Below, one piece after another: positions 48,175-57,845 of a DNA stretch of 64,000 nucleotides; the stretch's first letter is position 1; every line of letters begins with the position of its first letter. The position numbers were made by a program, and so were the translations under genes. Source of the DNA: Candidatus Marinacidobacterales bacterium (GTDB taxonomy: Bacteria > Acidobacteriota > Vicinamibacteria > Marinacidobacterales > DATDRI01); assembly GCA_965226495.1 (NCBI GenBank), contig OZ245365.1, positions 352,001-416,000 on the forward strand, in the 5' to 3' direction. Below the pieces are notes generated by a model, which did no database searches, had not been told where the DNA came from, and saw only the letters and a list, made by a program, of their open reading frames with translations.

Positions 48175-48681
48175 ATGAGAGGATACGAATTGATGTACAT
48201 CCTCGAGCCCAATCCGGACGAAGAGGCCACCAAGGCGCTCATCGGCCAGATCGAGGAATTCATGGGCAAACAGGGCGTCAGTATCGAGGGGACCGATCCA
48301 TGGGGCAAGCGCAGGTTGGCCGGTGGGATCGGCCGTCACTCCGAGGGCTACTACGTCCTGAGTCGGCTCAAGGCGGAGGCGGAAGCGATCTCGGAGTTGG
48401 AACGGCGACTTCGTGTTACCGACGGGGTGCTACGGTTCCTCACCGTCCGCGTGGACAAAGATCAGGACAAGGTCGAGCGGCGTAAGGCGCGTAAAGCGGC
48501 CCGCGAGCAGGCGCGGCGCGAGCGGAAAAGGAAATCGATGGCGGCAGCAGGCGAAGAGGCGGCGGCTCGGCAAGCTGAAACGGGCGGATCGACCGAGGTG
48601 GCCGCGCCAGCCGAGCCGCCCAAGCCAGCCGAGCCGCCCAAGCCAGCCGAGCCGCCCAAGCCAGCCGCGGAGGTCGAATAA
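48175..48681 (+). CDS. rpsF: 30S ribosomal protein S6 with a long C-terminal extension
   Basis: [27 protein letters not shown]; PAEPPK x3 tail. Confidence 0.95.
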   Translation: MRGYELMYILEPNPDEEATKALIGQIEEFMGKQGVSIEGTDPWGKRRLAGGIGRHSEGYYVLSRLKAEAEAISELERRLRVTDGVLRFLTVRVDKDQDKVERRKARKAAREQARRERKRKSMAAAGEEAAARQAETGGSTEVAAPAEPPKPAEPPKPAEPPKPAAEVE

Positions 48682-48965
48682 TGCCTCCCAGAAAGAAAGA
48701 TGGCGGTCGTGACGCTGGTAAAGACGCTGGTGCTCGGCGAGGCGGCAAGCGGTTTTTTTATCGAAGGCGAAAAGTATGTAAATTCTGCGCCGAGAAAATC
48801 GATTACATCGATTGGAAAGACCATCAGCTTCTCGCTTCCTTCATCCCGGAGAGGGCGAAGATCTTGCCGCGTCGCATCTCGGGTACCTGTGCCCCACATC
48901 AGCGAAAGTTGAAGACGGCCATTCAAAGGGCTCGTAACATCGCCTTGTTGCCGTTCACTTCGTAG
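48681..48965 (+). CDS. rpsR: 30S ribosomal protein S18
   Basis: [31 protein letters not shown]. Confidence 0.97.
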   Translation: MPPRKKDGGRDAGKDAGARRGGKRFFYRRRKVCKFCAEKIDYIDWKDHQLLASFIPERAKILPRRISGTCAPHQRKLKTAIQRARNIALLPFTS

Positions 48966-48992
48966 AGACCGAGGATTAGAGAGGAAGAAACC

Positions 48993-49439
48993 ATGCAGCT
49001 CATACTGCGCGAAAACGTCGATAAGCTCGGCAAGAGGGGAGACATCGTGGAGGTGCGCTCGGGGTTCGCTCGTAATTTTCTTTTGCCCCGAAACCTGGCG
49101 ATGGTGGTCAACGACAATAACGTCCGGCGGATGGAAAAAGACAAGAAGCTCGTCGCAGTCAAGCACGCCAAGGAGAAGGAAGAGAGCGAGGCTTTGGCAG
49201 CGCAGATCTCAGGAATGAAACTTTCCTTCCGTCGCAAGGTCCACGGCGAGGAGCTCTATGGGTCGGTCTCCGCAACCGATGTTGTAGAAGCACTGGCCGC
49301 GAAGGGATACTCCTTAGAAAGGCGGCGGATCCAGCTCGACGAACCTATCAAGAGCCTGGGGGAGTTCCCGGTCACGGCTCGGCTTCATCCCGATGTGTCC
49401 ACAACCCTCACGGTGACCGTGGAGAAGGAGGAAGAGTAG
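48993..49439 (+). CDS. rplI: 50S ribosomal protein L9
   Basis: LGKRGDIVEVRSGFARNFLLP, LYGSV, PIKSLG. Confidence 0.97.
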   Translation: MQLILRENVDKLGKRGDIVEVRSGFARNFLLPRNLAMVVNDNNVRRMEKDKKLVAVKHAKEKEESEALAAQISGMKLSFRRKVHGEELYGSVSATDVVEALAAKGYSLERRRIQLDEPIKSLGEFPVTARLHPDVSTTLTVTVEKEEE

Positions 49440-49442
49440 CCC

Positions 49443-50789
49443 TTGCCTCAGGAGGTTGCCCTCGAGAAGGCACTTCCGCACAGCCTAGAGGCGGAACGGA
49501 CCGTCCTGGGCGCCATCCTCATAGATAACGAGAGCTTCCACAACGCGTCCGAGATCCTCCGACAAGACGACTTCTATCGGCAAGCCCACCAGCGGATCTA
49601 TGCCCGCATGGAGGCCCTCTCCGTGCGCGGACAGGGGATCGATCTCGTTACCCTCAAAGAAGAGCTGTCTCGAGCGGGGGAGCTGGAGTCGTCAGGCGGC
49701 GTTGCATACCTGACGTCATTGGTGGACGGCGTACCTCGCGCGACCAACGTTCCCTATTACTCAAAAATCGTCAAAGAAAAATCCGTCCTGCGGAGCCTCA
49801 TCAGCTCCGCGAACCGCATCATCCAATCTTGTTTCGATGAGCCCGAGGACACCTCCACGGTTCTCGATCAAGCGGAGCGGTCTATTTTCGAGATCGCCGA
49901 GGGGGCGATCCAGACCGGTTTCGAGCCGGTAGGCGAGATCGTTCGCGGTACCTTCAAGTCTATCGACGAGCTGTCCGAACGTCGGGACATGGTCACTGGT
50001 GTCCCCACCGGTTTCGTGGAGTTCGAAGAACTGACATCCGGCCTTCAGCCGTCCGATCTCATCATCGTGGCCGCGAGGCCGGCCATGGGAAAGACCAGCT
50101 TCTGCCTGAACATCGCCCAGCACGCCGGACTCACTGGGTCACATACGGTCGGTGTCTTCAGCTTGGAGATGTCCAAAGAGCAGCTGGTGATGAGGATGCT
50201 TTGCTCCGAAGCAAGAGTCGATATGCATCGGCTACGCTCGGGGTTCGTTTCCGAAAAGGACTGGGCGAAGCTCATCCAAGCGGTTTCCCGACTCTCCTCA
50301 GCACGTATCTTCATCGACGATTCCGCCTCTTTGAGTGTGCTCGAGATGCGGGCCAAGGCGCGGCGACTCAAGCTCGAGCATGGTCTGGATCTCTTGATCG
50401 TCGACTACCTTCAGCTCATGCAAGGGCGAGGGCGGTTCGAAAACCGCACCCAGGAGATCAGTGGTATCAGCCGGGCACTCAAGGGCTTGGCGAAAGAGTT
50501 GAACATCCCGGTTGTAGCTCTCTCGCAACTCTCCCGTGCCCCCGAGAGCCGAGGAGATCACCGCCCACAGCTTTCGGACTTACGGGAATCGGGGGCGCTC
50601 GAGCAAGACGCCGACGTTGTCGTGTTTATTTACCGAGAGGAGACGTACGACTCGACTCCGGAGAACAAGGGGTTGGCCGAGCTCATCCTCAGTAAGCAGA
50701 GAAACGGGCCGACGGGCACGATCCGGGTCGCCTTCATCAAAGAGTACACTCGGTTCGAGAACTTGGAGTGGCGACAAGACCCCATCTGA
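49443..50789 (+). CDS. dnaB: Replicative DNA helicase
   Basis: AARPAMGKT, FSLEM, VDYLQL, LSQLSR, DLRESGALEQDAD, KQRNGPTG; no intein. Confidence 0.98.
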   Translation: MPQEVALEKALPHSLEAERTVLGAILIDNESFHNASEILRQDDFYRQAHQRIYARMEALSVRGQGIDLVTLKEELSRAGELESSGGVAYLTSLVDGVPRATNVPYYSKIVKEKSVLRSLISSANRIIQSCFDEPEDTSTVLDQAERSIFEIAEGAIQTGFEPVGEIVRGTFKSIDELSERRDMVTGVPTGFVEFEELTSGLQPSDLIIVAARPAMGKTSFCLNIAQHAGLTGSHTVGVFSLEMSKEQLVMRMLCSEARVDMHRLRSGFVSEKDWAKLIQAVSRLSSARIFIDDSASLSVLEMRAKARRLKLEHGLDLLIVDYLQLMQGRGRFENRTQEISGISRALKGLAKELNIPVVALSQLSRAPESRGDHRPQLSDLRESGALEQDADVVVFIYREETYDSTPENKGLAELILSKQRNGPTGTIRVAFIKEYTRFENLEWRQDPI

Positions 50790-51033
50790 GCCACGGCCTT
50801 ATCTCCAACTTCCCCGTACATTCCGGTACATTTTTAGTCTGGCCCTTTCGGGGCGGCATCGCCCCTCTTTTTTCGTCATACCCCATTGGGCGTGTCATCG
50901 CCTCGGTCTGGCCTCGATGCGCCGGCCGTGTCGGGACCGGCGCGTGTTATAATCACTCGCTACTGGGCGCATTCAACACGTCTCAAGGCGAGAGCCATAT
51001 CGAATTGTTCTCTATCAGGTGCTTACGAGGAGT

Positions 51034-51061
51034 GTCCGCCTTCGCTGAAGCTTCGGCGGGA
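51034..51061. repeat. REP-like palindrome, second copy
   Basis: Identical to 24550-24577. Confidence 0.85.
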
Positions 51062-51115
51062 GCGCGCAATGAGGCACTAATGTTGACATCCGCTTTCTAA
51101 GATGACGTTCTAAAT

Positions 51116-52495
51116 ATGGCCAAGCTCAAGACTGCTTTTGTTTGCCAGGAGTGTGGGGTGAGCTCCGCCAAGTGGCTAGGTCGTTGCCCGGACTGCTCAG
51201 CGTGGAATAGCTTCGTCGAGGAGCACGAGACACCCCAGCAATCGGACTCTCGGCTCAAGAGCCTATCGGCCGGCGGTGGTCCTCGTCCCTACCTAGAAGT
51301 GAGCCCGGACGCAGCATCGCGGCTCGCTACCGGTATCGAAGAGTTCGACCGAGTGCTCGGCGGTGGAGTGGTCGCCGGATCCTTGGTCCTCTTGGGAGGC
51401 GATCCGGGCATCGGCAAGTCCACGCTATTACTGCAGGTTGCTTCGTGCCTCGCGGCCTCCACTCCCGGGCAGCGCCCGGTCCTCTATATCAGTGGCGAGG
51501 AGTCGGAGCAGCAGATCAAGCTTCGTGGGGAGCGGCTCGGTGTTAAGGCCGAATCTCTCCTCCTTTTCAGCGAGACCAATCTGGACCGCATCATCTCGGA
51601 GCTCAAGCACCATAAGCCGTCGCTGGTCGTTTTGGATTCGGTCCAAACGGTCTACTCTCCGAGATTCTCGTCCCCGCCAGGGAGTGTGAGCCAGGTCAGG
51701 GAAGCGGCTGCCGAGTTCCTCTACTTTGCAAAGTCCACCGGCACGCCGGTTTTTTTGATCGGGCATGTCACGAAAGATGGGAGTTTGGCGGGTCCTAAGG
51801 CTCTGGAGCACATCGTCGACACCGTGCTCTACTTCGAGGGCGAGCGTCACTATTCTCACCGACTCGTCCGAGCGACCAAGAACCGCTATGGTGCGACGGG
51901 TGAGTTGGGAGTCTTCGAGATGACCGGCTCCGGTTTGGAGCCGGTCGAAAATCCCTCAGGGCTATTCCTCTCCGAGCGTCCCGAAAAAGCGCCTGGGTCG
52001 GTGGTGGTGTGCAGCCTGGAGGGAACGCGGCCGCTGCTGGTCGAGATTCAGGCTTTGGTTTCTCGCTCTAGTTTCGGGTATCCGCGTCGCGTGACGCTTG
52101 GGATCGATACCAATCGAGTGGCATTGCTTCTGGCAGTGCTAGAGAAGAGAGTCGGACTGCAACTTTCCGCGGAAGACGTGTACGTGAATGTCGCCGGCGG
52201 GCTAGTTGTGGGCGAACCGGTGGCCGACTTAGGACTGGTGGCGGCAGTCGCATCCAGCTTCAAGGGGCTCCCGGTCGACTCACAAACCGTTCTACTGGGA
52301 GAAGTGGGGTTGGCCGGAGAGGTAAGGGCCGCACAGCAGGTACCAGTAAGAGTCAAAGAGGCGGCACGTTTAGGGTTCAACAAAATCATACTTCCGACTG
52401 GCAACTTACCCTTACCGGACGAGACGGGCGCTGATCTCGACATCGAGCTCGTTGGAGTCCGGAACGTCGGTGAGGCTTTGGAGCTGGTTTTCTAG
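51116..52495 (+). CDS. radA: DNA repair protein RadA/Sms
   Basis: CQECG..KWLGRCPDC, GDPGIGKSTL, KNRYG, GEVGLAGEVR. Confidence 0.97.
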   Translation: MAKLKTAFVCQECGVSSAKWLGRCPDCSAWNSFVEEHETPQQSDSRLKSLSAGGGPRPYLEVSPDAASRLATGIEEFDRVLGGGVVAGSLVLLGGDPGIGKSTLLLQVASCLAASTPGQRPVLYISGEESEQQIKLRGERLGVKAESLLLFSETNLDRIISELKHHKPSLVVLDSVQTVYSPRFSSPPGSVSQVREAAAEFLYFAKSTGTPVFLIGHVTKDGSLAGPKALEHIVDTVLYFEGERHYSHRLVRATKNRYGATGELGVFEMTGSGLEPVENPSGLFLSERPEKAPGSVVVCSLEGTRPLLVEIQALVSRSSFGYPRRVTLGIDTNRVALLLAVLEKRVGLQLSAEDVYVNVAGGLVVGEPVADLGLVAAVASSFKGLPVDSQTVLLGEVGLAGEVRAAQQVPVRVKEAARLGFNKIILPTGNLPLPDETGADLDIELVGVRNVGEALELVF

Positions 52496-52528
52496 TGGGT
52501 GAGTCGAAGTCAGTCGGTGAGCGAGAGA

Positions 52529-53554
52529 ATGGATATGTCCATATTCATAATTAGAGCCATTTTATTAGCTGCAATCATATATACGTCTACCGTCTACGCC
52601 CCCCTACCTTGGGGGCAACTTGCCAATGCGGTGCTCGGAGCTTTGTTGGGTGCCGCGATCATTTCCCTCGAGCTTCGGATTCGAACCGTTCCCGCGCCTC
52701 AAGTGGCGGGCGGCTTCATCGGGGCAGTCCTCGGAGTCATCCTGGCGCTGTTGGTGGGCATCCCTTTGGCCAAAATTCCGATGGGCGACAGCGCCCAAGC
52801 GTTCTGGCAATCTTTGGTGTTGCTCTTTCTAGCCTACTTGGGATTGCTCCTGGGCTTGAAGAAGGCCGAGTGGTTCGATCCGCTGTCGTTGGTGGCCCAC
52901 TTCCGAGGTGAAACCACTACGACGGTCCGCAATTTCAAGGTCCTCGACACCAGCGTAATTATCGACGGGCGGGTGGCCGATATCTGCGAGACCGGGTTCA
53001 TGGACGGCACGATGGTGATCCCGCAGTTCGTGCTCAAGGAGCTCCAACAGGTCGCTGATTCCGCCGATTCGCTCAAGAGAAACCGCGGTCGCCGGGGGCT
53101 GGACATATTGCAGAAGATTCGCAAAATGAGTGGGCTCGACGTCCATATTTCGGAGGTCGACTTTCCAGATGTCAAAGAAGTCGACCTCAAGCTCATCGAG
53201 CTGGCCAAAGTTGAAAACGCAAAGATCGTGACCAACGATTTCAACCTCAATAAAGTCGCGCAGCTGCAGGGGGTCCAGGTGCTCAACATCAACGAGCTCG
53301 CGAACGCACTGAAGCCAGTGGTACTTCCCGGCGAGTTCATGCGCGTGTTCATCTTGAAGGAAGGCAAGGAGTACAACCAGGGTGTCGCATACTTAGATGA
53401 TGGGACCATGGTGGTGGTCGATAACGCTCGCCAGCTCATCGGAAAAAACGTGGACGTTACCGTGACCAGTGTGCTTCAAACTACCGCGGGCAAGATGATC
53501 TTCGGGAAGGCCATCGATTCCCACAGTTCCGCGGCGGCGGGCGACAAAGGGTAA
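52529..53554 (+). CDS. Membrane PIN/TRAM domain protein (YacL-like)
   Basis: [35 protein letters not shown]. Confidence 0.93.
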   Translation: MDMSIFIIRAILLAAIIYTSTVYAPLPWGQLANAVLGALLGAAIISLELRIRTVPAPQVAGGFIGAVLGVILALLVGIPLAKIPMGDSAQAFWQSLVLLFLAYLGLLLGLKKAEWFDPLSLVAHFRGETTTTVRNFKVLDTSVIIDGRVADICETGFMDGTMVIPQFVLKELQQVADSADSLKRNRGRRGLDILQKIRKMSGLDVHISEVDFPDVKEVDLKLIELAKVENAKIVTNDFNLNKVAQLQGVQVLNINELANALKPVVLPGEFMRVFILKEGKEYNQGVAYLDDGTMVVVDNARQLIGKNVDVTVTSVLQTTAGKMIFGKAIDSHSSAAAGDKG

Positions 53555-53578
53555 AGAGAGTTAAGCACAGTCCCGGCC

Positions 53579-54304
53579 ATGCTGGCCACGCTCCGAACCG
53601 TTCTGATCTCGATTCCCTTGGTGAGCCTCTACACCATCGTGTGTGGAGCGATCTCGATTCTCCTGGGGATGATCTTCCGAAGTGGAGACCCTTCGCATTG
53701 GCTGGCTCGTACCTGGTCGAGGCTCATCTTGGCGACTTGCGGAGTCCGAGTTTCTCTGAGTGGGCTCGAGAACTTGGAAAAGGATCAACACTACATTTTC
53801 GCTGCTAATCATCAGAGCATCTACGACATTCCGATCCTCTTTGCCTGGCTCCCGTTCTCGTTTCGTATCTTGCACAAAGAGTCACTCAATCGTGTACCGT
53901 TCATGGGCTGGCACCTGTACTTCTGTGGCCATATTTCGGTCGATCGTTCCAATCCGGTGCGTGCGCGCCAGAGTCTCGAGCGAGCAGCGAAACAGATCCA
54001 ACAAGGTACTTCGGTGCTAATTTTCCCTGAGGGAACCCGCAATGAGAACGGCTCTATCGGTCGTTTCAAACAGGGGTCGTTCTTGCTCGCTATCAAAGCG
54101 GGTGTGCCAGTGGTGCCGATCACGATTTCCGAGAGCTGGCGGATCATGAAGAGGGGCGAGGTCACGGTACACCCGGGCACGGTCAAGGTTCATGTGGAAC
54201 GACCCATCTCGGTCAAAGAGCTTGAAGAAGACGCGGCTGTCGCGCTTGCGAAACAAGTACGAGAAGTTGTCCTTAATAACTACGAGTCACCAACTTCTCA
54301 CTAG
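53579..54304 (+). CDS. plsC: 1-acyl-sn-glycerol-3-phosphate acyltransferase
   Basis: NHQSIYD, FPEGTR, VPVVP. Confidence 0.9.
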   Translation: MLATLRTVLISIPLVSLYTIVCGAISILLGMIFRSGDPSHWLARTWSRLILATCGVRVSLSGLENLEKDQHYIFAANHQSIYDIPILFAWLPFSFRILHKESLNRVPFMGWHLYFCGHISVDRSNPVRARQSLERAAKQIQQGTSVLIFPEGTRNENGSIGRFKQGSFLLAIKAGVPVVPITISESWRIMKRGEVTVHPGTVKVHVERPISVKELEEDAAVALAKQVREVVLNNYESPTSH

Positions 54305-54305
54305 C

Positions 54306-54977
54306 ATGCACATTCACGTATCCGAAGAGCTCGCGAACCGGCTCAAGCTCGCCACCGCCCAATTCTCCGACGTCGACCTCTCCCGCGCCCGGTCCGAGCT
54401 GGAGGCGGAGCTCGACCGCGTGTGCACGAGACTCCGCGAGCAGTTCACCGGAGCGAGCTGGCTCGAAATCCCCGGCGTGGCGGAGACCCGGGCGCTCTAC
54501 AAAGCGATCGGACTCGACCCAACCAAAGTCAGGCCTTCGTCGGAGGCATTGCTCCGTCGTGTTCTCAAAGGGCAAGCACTCTATAAGGTGAACCTGCTAG
54601 TGGACACGGTGAACCTTTGTTCGCTCGAGTTTCAGCTCTCGTATGGCGTCTACGATTCCAAGACCCTGTCGTTACCGATTGAGGCTCGCCTCGGTCGATC
54701 AGGCGAGAGCTATCCGGGAATCCGCAAGGGGCCGGTGCACCTCGACGGACGGATCTGTTTAGCTGATCAAGAAGGACCGTTCGGTAACCCCACGTCGGAC
54801 TCCTTGCGATCGGCCATTTCCGAGATCACAAGGGAGACACTGATCGTCATATTTGCGCCCCATGGAATGAAGAGGGCCGACTTGGACAAACGGCTAGAGC
54901 AGACGATTGAGCGAGTCTCCCGGTTCACGGGTGCACGGCCTGCAAAATCTGTCGAGTCGGGAGAGTCGGGAGAGTAA
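54306..54977 (+). CDS. Standalone B3/B4 domain protein (tRNA trans-editing-like)
   Basis: GLDPTKVRPSSEALLRR, NLLVDTVN, GPFGNPTSDS. Confidence 0.88.
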   Translation: MHIHVSEELANRLKLATAQFSDVDLSRARSELEAELDRVCTRLREQFTGASWLEIPGVAETRALYKAIGLDPTKVRPSSEALLRRVLKGQALYKVNLLVDTVNLCSLEFQLSYGVYDSKTLSLPIEARLGRSGESYPGIRKGPVHLDGRICLADQEGPFGNPTSDSLRSAISEITRETLIVIFAPHGMKRADLDKRLEQTIERVSRFTGARPAKSVESGESGE

Positions 54978-54979
54978 TC

Positions 54980-55696
54980 ATGGGGAGCGGCGATACCGTA
55001 ACCACCGTAGCGATTGTCGCGGCGGGTGGTTCCGGCACCCGCCTGAATGCGTCCCAGCCAAAGCAGTTTCTGGAGTTGGCCGGAAAACCTTTGCTTGCGC
55101 ATACCGTGGCTCGTTTCATGAGATCGTCGGTCGTCGACAGAATCGTTGTCGTGCTTCCCAGCAAAGGATTCGATCGGTACGAGGGGCTCATGGCTCCATG
55201 GTTCAAAGACGGAGCGCCCCTGGATATGGTTCCCGGCGGTGAGTCCAGGCAGGACTCGGTATGGAAAGGCCTCTCTACTCTGGAAGCTTCCTTTGAAGGA
55301 TGGATCGTGGTTCATGATGGCGCACGCCCCTTGGTGACGGAAGAAGTCATTCGCGACGTGGTCGAAGCCGGAAAACAGTTCGGGGGAGCCTTGGCAGGCC
55401 TTCCCGTCGAAGAAACGTTGAAAGAAGTAAACGCCGAAGCGGCGGTGCTAGGAACTATCGATCGGAGTCGTTACTATCGCGCTCAAACACCGCAGTGCTT
55501 TCGTCACCGGATCTTGCGAGAGGCGTTGGAGCGAGCGCGGGCGGACGGTTTCTTGGGCACGGATGAGGCACAGTTGGTCGAGCGAATCGGCGCGAAGGTC
55601 CATATGGTGCCGGGCTCGGTCAAGAACCTAAAGGTCACGACACGAGAGCACCTAGCGCTCGCGGAATACTACTTGAAGCTTGAGGAGCGGTCATGA
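54980..55696 (+). CDS. ispD: 2-C-methyl-D-erythritol 4-phosphate cytidylyltransferase
   Basis: AAGGSGTR, PKQF, GGESRQDSV, HDGARP, AQTPQ, NLKVT. Confidence 0.96.
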   Translation: MGSGDTVTTVAIVAAGGSGTRLNASQPKQFLELAGKPLLAHTVARFMRSSVVDRIVVVLPSKGFDRYEGLMAPWFKDGAPLDMVPGGESRQDSVWKGLSTLEASFEGWIVVHDGARPLVTEEVIRDVVEAGKQFGGALAGLPVEETLKEVNAEAAVLGTIDRSRYYRAQTPQCFRHRILREALERARADGFLGTDEAQLVERIGAKVHMVPGSVKNLKVTTREHLALAEYYLKLEERS

Positions 55697-56190
55697 CGTT
55701 ACCTGCCTTCCGTATTGGCTTAGGGATGGACGCCCATCGGCTCGCTGCGAACCGGACGCTGGTTCTAGGCGGGGTCGAGATTCCGTGCGGCCACGGCCTG
55801 GTAGGCCATTCGGATGGTGATGTTCTTCTGCACGCGCTCGCGGATGCGCTTCTCGGCGCGGTCGCGGCCCCGGACCTCGGATCGCTGTTTCCTTCCAGCG
55901 ACCCGCGTTGGCAATCAGCGTCGAGCCGTCTGTTCGTGGAGAAGGGGGTCCAGATCGTGGAGGACAAGGGCTACCGTGTCGTCCAGGTCGACGCGGTGAT
56001 CGTCGCGGAGAAGCCCCATCTGTCGGAGCATTTCGACGCCATGCGCGGGGCAGTGGCGGATATGCTGGGTATTCCAATGGACGCGGTCGGAATCAAAGCC
56101 AAAACATCGGATGGGATGGGTTTCACCGGCCGCCAGGAGGGCATCTTCGCCCAGGCGATCGTGATGGCGCAGCGAAAGGAGCCGTCTTGA
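55693..56190 (+). CDS. ispF: 2-C-methyl-D-erythritol 2,4-cyclodiphosphate synthase
   Basis: RIGLGMDAH, GHSDGDV, KAKT, GFTGRQEGI. Confidence 0.96.
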   Translation: MTLPAFRIGLGMDAHRLAANRTLVLGGVEIPCGHGLVGHSDGDVLLHALADALLGAVAAPDLGSLFPSSDPRWQSASSRLFVEKGVQIVEDKGYRVVQVDAVIVAEKPHLSEHFDAMRGAVADMLGIPMDAVGIKAKTSDGMGFTGRQEGIFAQAIVMAQRKEPS

Positions 56191-56933
56191 CCACCCTGAC
56201 CGGAATTCATGCTGTGCGAGAAGCCCTCCGGGGCTCCCCGGAGAGGGTTCGCAAGGTGGTCATCTCGGAAGGTCGCTTGGATGTCCGCGCCCAGGAGATC
56301 CTCGAGCTGGCGCGGGCCGCAGGAGTACCCGTTTACCGCGAGCACCCTGGCGTTCTCAAGAACTTGGCGTCCGGCGGCCACCATCAGGGCGTCGTGGCGG
56401 AAATGGCGGCTCTGCGGTGGTGGAACCTCGACGAGGTGCTAGCTGGGGTTCCCGAACCGGCACTTTTGCTGGCACTCGATCGACTCGAGGATCCGCGCAA
56501 TCTCGGTGCGGTGGCACGAACCGCCGACGGGGCAGGCGTCTTCGGGATTCTGGTTCCTGAAAGGGGAAGCGCTCCCCCTTCTGGGGTCGCCGTCGCGGCC
56601 TCCGCCGGTGCGCTCCTCCATACACGGCTAGCCAGGGTGACCAATCTGACGAGTGCGCTGAAAAAACTGAAAGAAAAAGGCATATGGGTGGTAGGCTTGG
56701 CTCCCGACGGAGCCATGCCCTGGTATCAGTTCGACTACACTGTGCCATTGGCTCTGGTATTGGGTTCCGAGGGGAGAGGGCTTCGGCCGCTGGTTTCGAA
56801 GACATGCGACCAGTTGGTTTCCCTACCCCAGCGGGGAAGCGTTGGCTCGCTCAACCTGTCGGTGGCAGCCGGGGTGGTTCTTTACGAGGCCCTTCGTCAA
56901 AGAATGGTTGGCGGGCCCGGGCCGGCCCGCTAG
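56187..56933 (+). CDS. rlmB: 23S rRNA G2251 2'-O-methyltransferase (SpoU/TrmH family)
   Basis: GIHAVREAL, HQGVVA, EDPRNLGA..R, GSEGRG, SLNLSVA. Confidence 0.92.
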   Translation: MTTLTGIHAVREALRGSPERVRKVVISEGRLDVRAQEILELARAAGVPVYREHPGVLKNLASGGHHQGVVAEMAALRWWNLDEVLAGVPEPALLLALDRLEDPRNLGAVARTADGAGVFGILVPERGSAPPSGVAVAASAGALLHTRLARVTNLTSALKKLKEKGIWVVGLAPDGAMPWYQFDYTVPLALVLGSEGRGLRPLVSKTCDQLVSLPQRGSVGSLNLSVAAGVVLYEALRQRMVGGPGPAR

Positions 56934-56970
56934 AGTAGCGCAAAAATGCCCGGCAGGCGTACTTTCCCTA

Positions 56971-56999
56971 TTGCAGCACCGTGAACTGTGTGCTACACT
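56971..56999 (+). promoter_or_regulatory. Promoter of the tRNA-tuf operon
   Basis: TTGCAG-N17-TACACT with an extended TGn, 13 nt before tRNA-Thr. Confidence 0.65.
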
Positions 57000-57012
57000 C
57001 GCTAGTTTGCAA

Positions 57013-57087
57013 GCTGGCGTAGCTCAGTGGTAGAGCAGCTGATTTGTAATCAGCGGGTCGGGGGTTCAAATCCCTTCGCCAGCTCCA
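57013..57087 (+). tRNA. tRNA-Thr (TGT)
   Basis: GCTGA-TTTGTAA-TCAGC anticodon arm, CCA end. Confidence 0.97.
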
Positions 57088-57168
57088 GCTCGAGGCCTTA
57101 TTAAAGTGAAAATCCCCGACCCAACAGTATTAGCCCAAGGCCCGATTCACTCGCTACAGGGAACAGGC

Positions 57169-57255
57169 GGAGAGGTAGCGAAGCGGTCAAACGCTGCAGA
57201 CTGTAAATCTGCCGGCCTTAGGCCTTCGGAGGTTCGAATCCTCCCCTCTCCACCA
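57169..57255 (+). tRNA. tRNA-Tyr (GTA)
   Basis: GCAGA-CTGTAAA-TCTGC anticodon arm, long variable arm, CCA end. Confidence 0.97.
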
Positions 57256-57270
57256 GAACCTCCCGCCGGT

Positions 57271-57330
57271 GAGATTGGCGAGGATGGCGAGGATACCGAG
57301 ATTCGCCGAGATTGGCGAGGCCGGCGAAGG
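57271..57330. repeat. Degenerate 9-mer array (GAGATTGGC/GAGGATGGC) in the tRNA spacer
   Basis: Read directly from the sequence. Confidence 0.7.
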
Positions 57331-57351
57331 ACCGGTGGATGGTGCCATCGT

Positions 57352-57427
57352 GCGGGAGTAGCTCAGTTGGTAGAGCATCAGCCTTCCAAGCTGAGGGTCG
57401 CGGGTCCGAATCCCGTCTCCCGCTCCA
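57352..57427 (+). tRNA. tRNA-Gly (TCC)
   Basis: TCAGC-CTTCCAA-GCTGA anticodon arm, CCA end; T-loop reads TCCGAAT. Confidence 0.95.
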
Positions 57428-57600
57428 TTGTCGAAGACTTCGGGCAAGGGCTGAGCCTGCTATTGGAAAGTTCGAACTGAAGTCTATTGATTTGAGGAAG
57501 CCGCTGAAACTGGCTGGCGAGGTCGTTTTCGGTGCATCCCACTGCAGAGTCCAGGGAATCTGGCTTCGAGTCGCAGAGGAATTGGAAGCAAGGAAATCGG

Positions 57601-57675
<75 letters not shown>

Positions 57676-57845
57676 CAACGTTTTCATAGATTGACGCTAT
57701 ATAAGGTTGCCGGGCATGTGTGGGGCTAAGGTGCCTTCCAGGCTCTGCTGGACGCCAAACCGTCGAGTTGCTGCTTTCAACGGAGCCAGGCATCGGTCCG
57801 CAAAGTGAAAAACACTCATCAAACCGTACTCATTGGAGAATAGCC

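Noticed and set aside
49443-50789. Intein in dnaB
   Set aside because: Normal length and contiguous motifs
51083-51115. LexA box or promoter upstream of radA
   Set aside because: TTGACA has no properly spaced -10, and there is no GTTC-N7-GTTC match
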